Positions 1-9,104 of a stretch of 64,000 nucleotides of DNA are shown here, piece by piece. The notes beneath the pieces are model-generated. The model saw nothing but the letters and a program-made list of their open reading frames with translations. It did not search any database and was not told where the DNA came from. The DNA lies in contig CAWKNZ010000008.1 in NCBI GenBank assembly GCA_963851265.1, positions 160,001 through 224,000 on the forward strand, in the 5' to 3' direction. How positions within the stretch are numbered: position 1 is the stretch's first letter; the number at the start of each line of letters is the position of its first letter. Origin of the DNA: an uncultured Gemmatimonadales bacterium (GTDB lineage Bacteria; Gemmatimonadota; Gemmatimonadetes; Gemmatimonadales; Gemmatimonadaceae). Position numbers and translations under genes: made by a program.

Positions 1-2308
1 CGCTCGGGTTGGGCTCGAGCACGCACCCCGCCCGCGCCCCGTACAACAGCGCGAGCCGCTGCCGTACGCCGCGCAGCCCCGCCCCGCTCCCCACGCCGCC
101 GGTGCCTGGCTGCGCCGCCGGCTGCGCCGCCGGCTGGGCCGCGCCCCTCGGACCACCCGACCGCGACGCGGCCGGCGTCGCGGCGCAGACTCCCACGCCG
201 TCGTCCGCCACGAGGAGTTCGAGTGCGGGGCCGGCGCGGCGCGCGCGGATCGCGAGCCGGCCGCCGCCTCCACGCGGCGCGATCCCGTGGCGCACCGCGT
301 TCTCGACGAGCGGCTGCAACACGAGGTGCGGCACGGCGGCGTCCGCGACGTCGGGCGCGACGTCCCACACCACGGCGAGCGTGCCCCCCGACGCGCCGAG
401 ACGGGCCCGCTCGAGCGCGAGGAACGGCTCGAGGCCCGCGACCTCCTCGTGCAGGCTCACCTCCTGCACGTCGACCCACGCGGCCGCCTCGCCGGCCAGC
501 GCGGCCAACGCCGCGAGCAGTCGGCCCGCCGCCTCGGGAGCGCTCCCGACCAGCGCCGCAGCGGTATGCAGCGCGTTCCCGACGAAGTGCGGGTTCATCT
601 CCGCCTTGAGTGCGCGCAACTCGCTGCGTCGGCGCCGGTCGGCGTGCGAGCGGTGCGCCGCTCGCGCTTCGGCCACGATCTGCGCCGTCCGCCTGTGCTC
701 GCCGCTCAGTGTCACCACGCGTGCGATCGTCACGAAAATCGCGTAGAGCACGAACGCCGCCAGCACCCGCGAGATGAAGTCACCCGCCGTGATCGGCGCG
801 ATTCCGGGCATCAGGGACGCCCGCACCGCTGCCCGGAGCGCGGTCGCCAGGGCCGAAATCCCGAGCCCGATTCCGACGGTGGTTGGGAGCGCGTGGGCGA
901 CCCGATCGGCCGCGCCGAGCGGCCACCGGCGTGCCACCGTGACGGCCGCCGCGCAGATGAGCCCCTGCGTGATCGCGACGTTGCCGATGACGAGGAGCAC
1001 GACGCCCGAGGTCCATGCCATGCCGTAGTGCGACGCCGTGTAGGCCCACTGCAGCACGACGTACAGCGCGCACAACCCGGCCACGATCCCCGCATCCCAC
1101 GCGTCGCCCGACGCGGGAGGGGCGTGACCCGTGGTGGCCAGCACCCACTCCTCGAACACACGCTCGCGCGGGTCCGCCGGCGCCCCGCCGGGCGCGACCG
1201 GCTGTTCGTCGAGCAGAAGCGGGAGGCGAAGGCGGACGTGCGGATCACCTGCTGAACTCGCCGTGGTGGCGAACTGCCACCGCCCGGCGTCGCCGTAGAA
1301 ATGGTCGAGCAACCGACCGAGCGCCACCGCGGACCGGGGCGCGACCCCCGAGACGTCGAGTTCGAGCCACCGTTCGCCGTCGAGCGACACGGCCGTGCCG
1401 CGCAAACTCACCTCCCCCGCGCCGCGCACGCTGGCGAGCAGCGCGGGAACGACGAGATGCGGCACGAGCACCTCTCGGACGTCGTCGTCCACGACGTAGC
1501 GCACCGCGCCCGGGTTCATGGGTTCTGGCGCGCTCGGGCCGCCCCGCTCCTCGGCCCCGCGCTCGCGCGCCGCGTCGACCTCCTCACCCAGCGTGACGGC
1601 GTCGGCGGCCGCGCCGGCGACGGCTTCGCGCATCAGGAGTCCGAGCTCGACGACGACGCGTTCCGCGGAGGCCGGATCGGTGTGGACGAGCGCCTCCGCC
1701 GTCGTCAGCGCGTTCGCGATGAGCACCGGGTGGAGCTCGGTCTTCACCGCCCGCAGCTGCGCGGTCACCTGGTCGCGTCCGGCCCGCTCGACCGCGCGGA
1801 GCACGTGCAGGTGGACGGCACGCGCGCGGCGCACGCGCGTCGCGAAGACGCGCGCGTGCGCGACGACAGCCCACAACGCGTACCAGATCAGCCCCTCCGC
1901 CAGAAGGGTCGTCGCCTGCCGTGCACTCGGCCGCGCGACGAACGCCTCCGACGCGCCTTCGGCCGTCGCCGCCAGCAACGCCGCGACGGCGCCGACTCCC
2001 ACGTGCGCCCGCAGCCGCTCCTTCCAGCGCCGCCCCATGACGGGCCGGCGGTACGACGTGGTGAACGCCGCGAACACCGGCACGCCAAGGCTGACGCCCA
2101 GGAGCAGCGCGCGGAGTGCCTCGACCCATCCGAATGCGTGCCGCCCGGGCGGCATGCGGTCCCAGATCTCGGCGACGCCCACGAGCCCGGTCGCGCCGAA
2201 CAGCGCCGGCGCCCACGGCCCAGGGCGGCGGCGCGCTGCTGGTGCATTCGAGTGGGCCACGGCCGTAGGAGGTGGGGGTGACGGCGCGCAGTGGTCTGCG
2301 TGTAGCAC
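1..2308 (-). CDS. Membrane sensor histidine kinase, LytS/YehU type, with an additional degenerate N-terminal kinase module; 3' end outside the window
   Basis: Absent from the ORF track because there is no stop in the window. Read by hand as one open minus frame from GTG 2308 (start uncertain, 2260 possible). Contains ELRALKAEMNPHFVGNALH (~560-625), VPHLVLQPLVENAVRHGI (~280-335), GLRGVRQRLALLYG near the edge, and hydrophobic segments. Confidence 0.85.
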   Translation of the reverse strand, partial: MLHADHCAPSPPPPTAVAHSNAPAARRRPGPWAPALFGATGLVGVAEIWDRMPPGRHAFGWVEALRALLLGVSLGVPVFAAFTTSYRRPVMGRRWKERLRAHVGVGAVAALLAATAEGASEAFVARPSARQATTLLAEGLIWYALWAVVAHARVFATRVRRARAVHLHVLRAVERAGRDQVTAQLRAVKTELHPVLIANALTTAEALVHTDPASAERVVVELGLLMREAVAGAAADAVTLGEEVDAARERGAEERGGPSAPEPMNPGAVRYVVDDDVREVLVPHLVVPALLASVRGAGEVSLRGTAVSLDGERWLELDVSGVAPRSAVALGRLLDHFYGDAGRWQFATTASSAGDPHVRLRLPLLLDEQPVAPGGAPADPRERVFEEWVLATTGHAPPASGDAWDAGIVAGLCALYVVLQWAYTASHYGMAWTSGVVLLVIGNVAITQGLICAAAVTVARRWPLGAADRVAHALPTTVGIGLGISALATALRAAVRASLMPGIAPITAGDFISRVLAAFVLYAIFVTIARVVTLSGEHRRTAQIVAEARAAHRSHADRRRRSELRALKAEMNPHFVGNALHTAAALVGSAPEAAGRLLAALAALAGEAAAWVDVQEVSLHEEVAGLEPFLALERARLGASGGTLAVVWDVAPDVADAAVPHLVLQPLVENAVRHGIAPRGGGGRLAIRARRAGPALELLVADDGVGVCAATPAASRSGGPRGAAQPAAQPAAQPGTGGVGSGAGLRGVRQRLALLYGARAGCVLEPNPS

Positions 2309-2585
2309 AACGGCGGTCGTAGGGTAATCGGTGCCCGGGCGATCGCGCGCGGGCAGTTGCCGCGCGAGCGCCAGCGCCGCCCGTCAGGACGCGTCGGAAC
2401 TGCTACCGTGAACCCGCACCTCCGCCCGCGCCGCGCACGCCTCCGGCGGTCTGGAGCGCGGGTGCGATCCCAAGACGCTTGCGCGATCCGGGCGTCGGCC
2501 CCACCGTCGCGCACGCCCGGGCCACGCCCGATGCGCAGAGCCGTGGCGCGACCCGAGATGTCCCCTTCACCCAGCGGAGTGTCCG

Positions 2586-2921
2586 ATGGCGGATTCAGAG
2601 CACGGCGGCCAAGGCGGCGACGCCGGGGGCCCGAAGAGCGTGGAAGCGCGGCTGACCGAGCTGGAAAACGCCGTGCGACAGATGACCGGTGGTGGCGCGG
2701 GTGGCGCTGCGGGCGCGGCGGCACCGGCCGCGCAGGGCGTGACCTGCAACACCTGTCACGTGTGCGCGATCGCGTGTCACGTGTGCGTCGTGTGCAGCGT
2801 GTGCCACGTGTGCCAGGTCTGCCAGGTGTGTCAGGTCTGTAGCGTGTGTCGGGTCTGCCACGTGTGCCAGGTATGCGCCGAATGCACCTGCGGACCGGCC
2901 AGCCCGCCGGGCGGGGCGTAG
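2586..2921 (+). CDS. Cys-rich RiPP precursor peptide with Cys-x-x repeat core
   Basis: 111 aa with GGAG upstream. Helical leader VEARLTELENAVRQM, Gly/Ala linker, then 17 Cys in residues 54-102. Directly upstream of YcaO and SagB genes. Confidence 0.85.
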   Translation: MADSEHGGQGGDAGGPKSVEARLTELENAVRQMTGGGAGGAAGAAAPAAQGVTCNTCHVCAIACHVCVVCSVCHVCQVCQVCQVCSVCRVCHVCQVCAECTCGPASPPGGA

Positions 2922-2933
2922 TGGCGCCGTCGC

Positions 2934-2966
2934 TGCCGCGGGGGGCGCGCGGCGCGCCCCGCGGCA
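2934..2966 (+). terminator. GC-rich stem-loop between the precursor and YcaO genes
   Basis: TGCCGCGGGG (2934-2943) pairs perfectly with CCCCGCGGCA (2957-2966). No clear U-tract, so it may be an mRNA stabiliser or attenuator. Confidence 0.5.
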
Positions 2967-2990
2967 CGCCCCTTCCCTCCGCCTAACGCC

Positions 2991-5435
2991 ATGGCGCGGG
3001 TCCGCATCAGTCGCGCGGTGGGCGTGACGTTCACGCCCGACGCGGCACTCCTGCGTTCCGACCTCGGCACCGTCGCCCTCGACGGCAGCGACGTCGTCCC
3101 GTTCCTCGCGCGCCTCGTCCCGCTGCTCGACGGGACGCGCGACCTCGACGGGATCGCGGACGCGCTCGCGCGCGAGTACACGCGCGCGAGCGTCGTCGGA
3201 CTCGTCGGGATGCTCGCGCGGCGGGGCCTCGTCGAGGACGTGCCCGACGCGGGCGACGCCGCCGCCGGTGGGGGCGAGGCGCGCTTCGCCGGGCAGCTCG
3301 ACTATTTCGCACAGTGGACCGACGACCCGGCGGCCCCCCTCCGCCGGCTGCGCGACGCGCACGTCGCCGTGGTCGGGCTCGAACCGTGGGGGGTCGGCGC
3401 GGCGGTCGAACTCGCGGCGTCCGGCGTGGGCGCGCTGCACCTGATGGACGACGCGCCGGTCACCGACGACGACCTGCTCGCGGCCCGCGCGCTCACGCCC
3501 GCGCACGTCGGCCGCCCGCGCGCCGCCGCGCTCGCCGCGGTGCTCGCCGAGGCCGCGCCGTGGACGCGCGTCACGCACGGCCCCATGGCGCTGAACGACG
3601 CGCACGAACTGGCGCTCCCCGCCGAGCCGTGGGCCCTGGTGCTCGCCGCCGCGGCGGTCGACGACCTGGCCTTGCTCGACGCGGTCGCGCGTGCGACCCA
3701 CGCGCGCGGCATTCCGTCGGTGTACGCGCACCTCGACCTGCTCGAGGCGGTGGTCGGGCCACTCGTGATTCCGGGCGAGACGGCCTGCTGGAACTGCACG
3801 CGGCTGCGGCACCTCGCGACGAGCGACACGGGCGCGCGCGCCCACCAGCTGCAGCACGCCCTGCTCCGGGCGCCGCTGCGCGCTCCGCCCGACGACCCGG
3901 CGCGGCCGCGGCGGCGCACCTACCTGGCGCCGATGGCGGGGCAGCTCGCCCACCTCGTCGCGCTCGAAGCGGTCAAGTTCCTGTCGGGCTACGTCGTGAG
4001 CACGCTCGTGGGGCGCGTACTCACGCAGGACCTGGTCCGCCTAACGACGAGCTGGCACACGGTCGTGCGCATGCCGTGGTGCCCGGTGTGCGGCGGCGCG
4101 GACGGCGCGGACGGCGCGGGAGCCGGGGGCGCCGCGCGTCCGCTCGACGACGCGGGCTCGCCCGAGGCGCTCCGCGAGCGCCTCGCCGGCTGGGTGGACG
4201 CGCGCGTGGGCGTCGTCCGGTCCCTGCACGTGAACGTGGCCGAGATCGACGAGCCCGAGCTGCCGATCACGACCACGGCCCTGCTCGCCGACTACACCGA
4301 GGGGGACTTCCGCGCGCGCGACCCCGAGCTGGGCTCGGGCAAGGGCCTCACCGCGGTGGAGGCGATGATCGGCGCCGTGGGCGAGGCCGTCGAACGCTAC
4401 TCGGCGGCGCGCGTCCCCCCCGGCCGCCTGCGCCGCGCGCGTGCCGCCGCGCTCGCCGGCGAGGCCGACGTGCTCGACCCCGCGCGCCTCGCGCACTACA
4501 GCGACGCGCAGTACGCGCACCCGGGGTTCCCGTTCGTGCGCCCCGACCCGGAGGGGCCGATCGACTGGACGCTCGGCCGCTGGCTGGGCGGCGACGCGCC
4601 GGTGTGGGTGCCGGCGTTCCCGACCTACTACAACCTGCACGTGCCGCGCGCGGAGCGCTTCTGTCAGGTCAGCTCCAACGGCCTCGCGGCGGGGGCGAGC
4701 CGAGCGGACGCCGCGATGCGCGCCACGATGGAGCTGGTGGAGCGCGACGCGTTCACGCTCACCTGGCTCGCGCAGCTGCCGGGCCGCCGCCTGCTGCCCG
4801 ACGACGCACTCGACGTCGGCGCGCGCGAGGTGCTGCGGCAACTCGAGCTCTGCGGCGCGCGCGTCGAACTCTACCTGCTCGACGCCACGCTCGGCGTGCC
4901 GGCGGTGCTCTGCCTCGCGCTCGGCGACGGCGTGCGGTGGCCCGGCGCGACGGTGGCGCTGTCCGCGCACCCCAACCCGCGCCACGCGGCGCGGAAGGCG
5001 TTGCTGGAGCAGGGCCACGTGGGGCCGTTCGTGCGGCGCCTGATGCGCGGCGGTACGCAGCGCGTGCCCGAGACGCCCGACGACGTCCGCTCGCTGATCG
5101 ACCACGCGATGTACTACGTGCCGCGCGAGCGCCAGGCGGCGTTCGACTTCCTGCGCCGGGGCGGCGGCGATCCCGTGCCGGTCGGCGACCTCGCCGTGCG
5201 CGACGCCCTCACCGAGGGCGAGTGCGCGGCGCTGTTCGCGCGCGAGGGCGTGCGGGTGGCGATCGCCGACGTGACGTCGCCCGACGTGGCGGCGGGGCCG
5301 TTCCGGGTCGCCCGCGCGTTAGGCGAGGACGTGCAGCCGATCCACTTCGGCCACGCGCTCGGGCAGGTCGCCAACCCGCGCCTCGCGCGCCGCCTGGCGC
5401 GCGGGCTGCACCCGCACCCGCACCCCCTGGCGTGA
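2991..5435 (+). CDS. Fused leader-binding/E1-like (ThiF-like) + YcaO cyclodehydratase
   Basis: N-terminal RRE-like segment; ThiF-like VAVVGL motif with CWNC and CPVC; YcaO motifs GKG, GEAVERY, SSNGLAAG, ELVERDA; Pro-rich C-terminus HPHPHPLA typical of azoline-forming YcaOs. Confidence 0.93.
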   Translation: MARVRISRAVGVTFTPDAALLRSDLGTVALDGSDVVPFLARLVPLLDGTRDLDGIADALAREYTRASVVGLVGMLARRGLVEDVPDAGDAAAGGGEARFAGQLDYFAQWTDDPAAPLRRLRDAHVAVVGLEPWGVGAAVELAASGVGALHLMDDAPVTDDDLLAARALTPAHVGRPRAAALAAVLAEAAPWTRVTHGPMALNDAHELALPAEPWALVLAAAAVDDLALLDAVARATHARGIPSVYAHLDLLEAVVGPLVIPGETACWNCTRLRHLATSDTGARAHQLQHALLRAPLRAPPDDPARPRRRTYLAPMAGQLAHLVALEAVKFLSGYVVSTLVGRVLTQDLVRLTTSWHTVVRMPWCPVCGGADGADGAGAGGAARPLDDAGSPEALRERLAGWVDARVGVVRSLHVNVAEIDEPELPITTTALLADYTEGDFRARDPELGSGKGLTAVEAMIGAVGEAVERYSAARVPPGRLRRARAAALAGEADVLDPARLAHYSDAQYAHPGFPFVRPDPEGPIDWTLGRWLGGDAPVWVPAFPTYYNLHVPRAERFCQVSSNGLAAGASRADAAMRATMELVERDAFTLTWLAQLPGRRLLPDDALDVGAREVLRQLELCGARVELYLLDATLGVPAVLCLALGDGVRWPGATVALSAHPNPRHAARKALLEQGHVGPFVRRLMRGGTQRVPETPDDVRSLIDHAMYYVPRERQAAFDFLRRGGGDPVPVGDLAVRDALTEGECAALFAREGVRVAIADVTSPDVAAGPFRVARALGEDVQPIHFGHALGQVANPRLARRLARGLHPHPHPLA

Positions 5436-5446
5436 GGCGCGGCGCC

Positions 5447-6205
5447 ATGACGCACGACGACGACCCGGACGTCGCCCGCATCTTCCACCTGCACTCGTCC
5501 AACGTGCGGCAGCGCGTGGTGGAGCTCGCGCTCGACCACGACCGGCACCCGTTCCGGTTCCGCACGTACCCGGGCGCGCCGCGCGTCGCGCTCCCGGGGC
5601 GGGATTTCGACGGCCTCGACGTTCCGCTCGCCGAGCTGCTCCGCCGGCGCACGTCGTCGCGCGCGTTCTCGACCGCGGCCACGCTGCCCGTCGCGTCGCT
5701 CGGCCGCCTGCTGTACGCGAGCTACGGCCTCAACGGGCAGCGCGAGATCGACGGCCAGCGCCTCCACGCGCGCCCCGCGCCGTCGGCGGGCAGCCTCTAC
5801 CCCATCGAGCTCTACGTCGCGGTGCAGCGCGTGGACGGTGTGGACGACGGCCTGTACCACTACGACGCGCGGGCGCACGAGCTGGAGCTGCGCCGCCCGG
5901 GGCGCGTGCACGCGCAGCTCGCCGACATGACCATCGGCCAGACGATGCTCGCCGACGCGAACGTGGTCGTGTTGATGACGGCCGTGTTCGCGCGGACGAT
6001 GTGGAAGTACAAGCAGCGCGGCTACCGCTACGTGTGGCTCGACGCGGGCCACGTCGGCCAGAACCTCTACCTCGTGGCCGACGCCCTGGGGCTCGGGGCC
6101 GTGGCGGTGGGGGGGTTCTACGACCGCGAGCTTCACCGCCTGCTCGCGCTGCCGGACGCGGAGGAGGCGGTGGTGTATCTGGTGTGCGCGGGCGTGCGTG
6201 CCTAA
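5447..6205 (+). CDS. SagB/ThcOx-family FMN-dependent azoline dehydrogenase
   Basis: True start is ATG 5447 within track ORF 3314..6205. Motifs RRTSSRAF, PSAGSLYP, WKYKQRGYRY (Lys-Tyr pair), DAGHVGQN. Confidence 0.92.
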   Translation: MTHDDDPDVARIFHLHSSNVRQRVVELALDHDRHPFRFRTYPGAPRVALPGRDFDGLDVPLAELLRRRTSSRAFSTAATLPVASLGRLLYASYGLNGQREIDGQRLHARPAPSAGSLYPIELYVAVQRVDGVDDGLYHYDARAHELELRRPGRVHAQLADMTIGQTMLADANVVVLMTAVFARTMWKYKQRGYRYVWLDAGHVGQNLYLVADALGLGAVAVGGFYDRELHRLLALPDAEEAVVYLVCAGVRA

Positions 6206-6292
6206 CGCTGCGTCAGGCCACGGGCCGAGAGTTCGTGCCGGGGCGCGGCATGGAGCCTGGAGCCGCGCCCCTGCACGTGACCGTCGCGGCGC

Positions 6293-7831
6293 CTACCGCC
6301 CGGCGCGCGCCGCGGCCGCCGAGCCGCGGTAGCGCGCGTACGGGGCGGCGTAGGCGCGCGCCGCCGCCGCGTCGGGCGCCTCGGCGGCGCCGCGCGTGAG
6401 CGTGGCGCGCGTCGCGGTCGCGAGGTCCGGGTAGGCCCCCGCGCCCACGGCCGCGAGCAGCGCCGCCCCGTACGCCGGGCCCTCCTCGCGGTTCACCGTC
6501 CGCACCGGCACGCCGTACACGTCGCGCTGCAGGCCGCGCAGGAACGGACTCCGCGCGCCACCACCGGTCAGCAGCACCTCCGCCGGCGCGAGTCCCAACT
6601 CGCGCAGAATCTCGACGCTGTCGCGCAGCGCGAAGCACACGCCCTCGAGCACGGCCCGCGTCAGGTGCGCCCGCGTGTGCGCGAGACTCAGGCCGAGAAA
6701 CGCGCCGCGCAGGGCGGCGTCGCGGTGCGGCGTGCGCTCGCCCTGCAGGTACGGCAGGAACGTGACGCCGTCGGCGCCCGGGGCGACCCCGGCGGCCTCC
6801 GCGTCCAGGCGCGCGTCCGCGTCGGGCGCGCCGGCGAGGTCGCGCGCGAGCTGCGCACGGTACCACGCGAACGCGCCGCCCGCGGAGAGCACCACGCCCA
6901 TCACGTACCACACGCCGGGCGCGACGTGGCAGAACGTGTGCGCGCGCAGCGCCGGGTCCACGCGCGGCTCGGCCGTGGGCGCGAGCACCGTCCCCGAGGT
7001 CCCCCAGCTCGCCACGGCCTCGCCGGGCGCGACCACGCCTACTCCGGCCGCGCCGCACGCGTTGTCCGCGCCGCCGCCGACCACCGGCGTCCCCGCCCGC
7101 AGCCCCGTCGCCCGCGCCGCCTCGGCGGTCACGGCGCCCAGCACCTCGGCCGACCCGCCGACGTCGGGGAGCAGCGTGCGCGGCACGCCCACCGCGGCGA
7201 GGAGCTCGTCGCTCCAGCCGAGCCGCGCGGGGTCGAACATCAACGTCCCCGACGCGTCGGACGGCTCGGTGGCGAGCGCGCCCGTGAGGCGGAAGCGCAC
7301 GAAGTCCTTGGCGAGCAGCACCGTCGCGAGTCGCGCGTACGCCGCGGGCTCGTGCGCGCGGAGCCAGAGCACCTTGGGCAGCGTGAAGCCTTCGAGCGCG
7401 GGGTTCCGCACCCAGTCGCGCAGCCGCGCCTCGCCGCCCGCGGCGCGCGTGATCTCCGCGCACTCGGCCGTCGTCCGCCCGTCGCACCAGAGCAGCGCCG
7501 GGCGGATCACCTGCCCCGCCCGGTCGAGGAACACCGACGAGTGCATCTGCCCCGAGACGCCCACCGCCGCGACCCGCGCCGCCGCGTTGGGCACCTCCGC
7601 GAGCACCGCGCGCGTGGCCGCGGCCACGGCGTCCCACCACGCGTCCGGGTCCTGCTCGGCCCACCCCGGCTCGGGCGTCGCGAGCGCGAGCGGGACGGTG
7701 GCCGCCGCGCGCACGTCGCCGCCGCCCGCCCCGCTCCCGACCCCCACGAGGATCGCCTTCACGCCGCTCGTGCCGACGTCGAGGCCGAGCACGAGCGCGT
7801 CGGCCGTCCCGCCGCCCAACGCGTCCGCCAC
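6293..7831 (-). CDS. xylB: Xylulokinase
   Basis: FGGY kinase motifs GLDVGTSGVKA, SGQMHS, PYLQGERTP; abuts xylA. Confidence 0.93.
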   Translation of the reverse strand: MADALGGGTADALVLGLDVGTSGVKAILVGVGSGAGGGDVRAAATVPLALATPEPGWAEQDPDAWWDAVAAATRAVLAEVPNAAARVAAVGVSGQMHSSVFLDRAGQVIRPALLWCDGRTTAECAEITRAAGGEARLRDWVRNPALEGFTLPKVLWLRAHEPAAYARLATVLLAKDFVRFRLTGALATEPSDASGTLMFDPARLGWSDELLAAVGVPRTLLPDVGGSAEVLGAVTAEAARATGLRAGTPVVGGGADNACGAAGVGVVAPGEAVASWGTSGTVLAPTAEPRVDPALRAHTFCHVAPGVWYVMGVVLSAGGAFAWYRAQLARDLAGAPDADARLDAEAAGVAPGADGVTFLPYLQGERTPHRDAALRGAFLGLSLAHTRAHLTRAVLEGVCFALRDSVEILRELGLAPAEVLLTGGGARSPFLRGLQRDVYGVPVRTVNREEGPAYGAALLAAVGAGAYPDLATATRATLTRGAAEAPDAAAARAYAAPYARYRGSAAAARAGR

Positions 7832-9013
7832 CTAGCGCACCCCGAGCAGCACCTCGACCGTCAGCTGGTCGAGCCGCTCGTACGCGTAGCCGCTGGCGCG
7901 GATGGCCGGCAGGTCGAGCGCGCGCGCCTTGAGCGCGTCGGCCGCCTCGGGGCTGAAGCGCAGCGGCCCGGCGTCCGCGCCGCCGCGCGCGCGCAGCTCG
8001 CCCAGCAGGCCCTGGATCTCGGGGTCCGCGTTCCACCGCGCCGCCTTGTCCTTCAGGATGAGGTACGTGCGCATGCACCCGCGCGCGAAGTCCCACACGC
8101 CGTCGGCGTCCTCGGTGCGGTAGGCGTGGGCGTCGAAGTGGCGCATGCCGTCGTACCCGGCGTCCTCGAGCAGCTTGACGAGGAAGAACGCCCCCTTGAT
8201 GTCCTCCGCGCCGAACCGGTGATCCTGGTCGTAGCGCCCCGGCTTCTGCCCGTTGAGGTCGATGTGGAACAGCTTGCCGGCGTCGAGCGCCTGCGCCACG
8301 CCGTGCGCGAAGTTGAGGCCGGCGATCGTGTCGTGCGCCACCTCGGGGTTCACCCCCACCATGTCGGGGTGGGCGAGCGTCTGGATGAACGCCAGCGCGT
8401 GCCCGATGGTCGGCAGGTAGATGTCGCCGCGCGGCTCGTTGGGCTTGGGCTCGAGCGCGAAGCGGTAGCCGTAGCCCTGCGCCACGTTGTACTCGCACAG
8501 GAAGTCGAGCGCGTCGCGGAACCAGCCGAGCGCGTCGCGCGGGTCCTTGGCCCCGTCGGTCTCCGTGCCCTCGCGCCCGCCCCAGAACACGTACGTCTCG
8601 GCGCCGAACTCCTTGCCGAGGTCCATCGAGCGCATCGTCTTCTGCAGCGCGTAGCGGCGCACGCGGCCGTCGTTGCTCGTGAACGCGCCGTCGCGGAACG
8701 CCGGGTCGGTGAACAGGTTGGTCGTCGCCATCGGGACCTTGAGGCCCGTCTCGTCGAGTGCCGCCCGGAACTCGCGGACGATGCGGTCGCGCTCGGCGGG
8801 CGTCGCGTCGCGCGGCACGAGGTCCTCGTCGTGGAAGTTCACGCCGTAGGCGCCGAGCGGGGCGAGTGCGCGGACGATCGTGGGCGCGTCGAGGGGCGCA
8901 CGCACGGGCTCGCCGAACGGGTCGCGGCCGACGTTGCCCACGGTCCAGAGGCCGAAGGTGAAGTGGTGCTCCGGGCGCGGGGCGTAGGCGTCGGTCGGGG
9001 TCGTGTTAGGCAT
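7832..9013 (-). CDS. xylA: Xylose isomerase (short, Streptomyces/Thermus-like class)
   Basis: [43 protein letters not shown]. Start placed at ATG 9013 (MPNTTPT). Confidence 0.95.
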   Translation of the reverse strand: MPNTTPTDAYAPRPEHHFTFGLWTVGNVGRDPFGEPVRAPLDAPTIVRALAPLGAYGVNFHDEDLVPRDATPAERDRIVREFRAALDETGLKVPMATTNLFTDPAFRDGAFTSNDGRVRRYALQKTMRSMDLGKEFGAETYVFWGGREGTETDGAKDPRDALGWFRDALDFLCEYNVAQGYGYRFALEPKPNEPRGDIYLPTIGHALAFIQTLAHPDMVGVNPEVAHDTIAGLNFAHGVAQALDAGKLFHIDLNGQKPGRYDQDHRFGAEDIKGAFFLVKLLEDAGYDGMRHFDAHAYRTEDADGVWDFARGCMRTYLILKDKAARWNADPEIQGLLGELRARGGADAGPLRFSPEAADALKARALDLPAIRASGYAYERLDQLTVEVLLGVR

Positions 9014-9104
9014 GGTGGCGTTGGAGGTGGGGTGGCGTGCCGCGTTCGGCAGCAAGCGGCGCACCGGGACGGTCGTCACGCGCCGTGCGGTGGCGGTGCG
9101 CCGC

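Noticed and set aside
2745..2891. CxxCH motifs (CNTCH, CSVCH, CRVCH) suggesting a multiheme cytochrome c
   Set aside because: No signal peptide, the motifs are embedded in a continuous Cys-x-x repeat, and the neighbours are YcaO/SagB rather than cytochrome maturation genes.
3314..5446. 963-aa ORF as a long SagB fusion
   Set aside because: The upstream part is Arg/Ala-rich off-frame sequence overlapping YcaO; the real gene starts at 5447.
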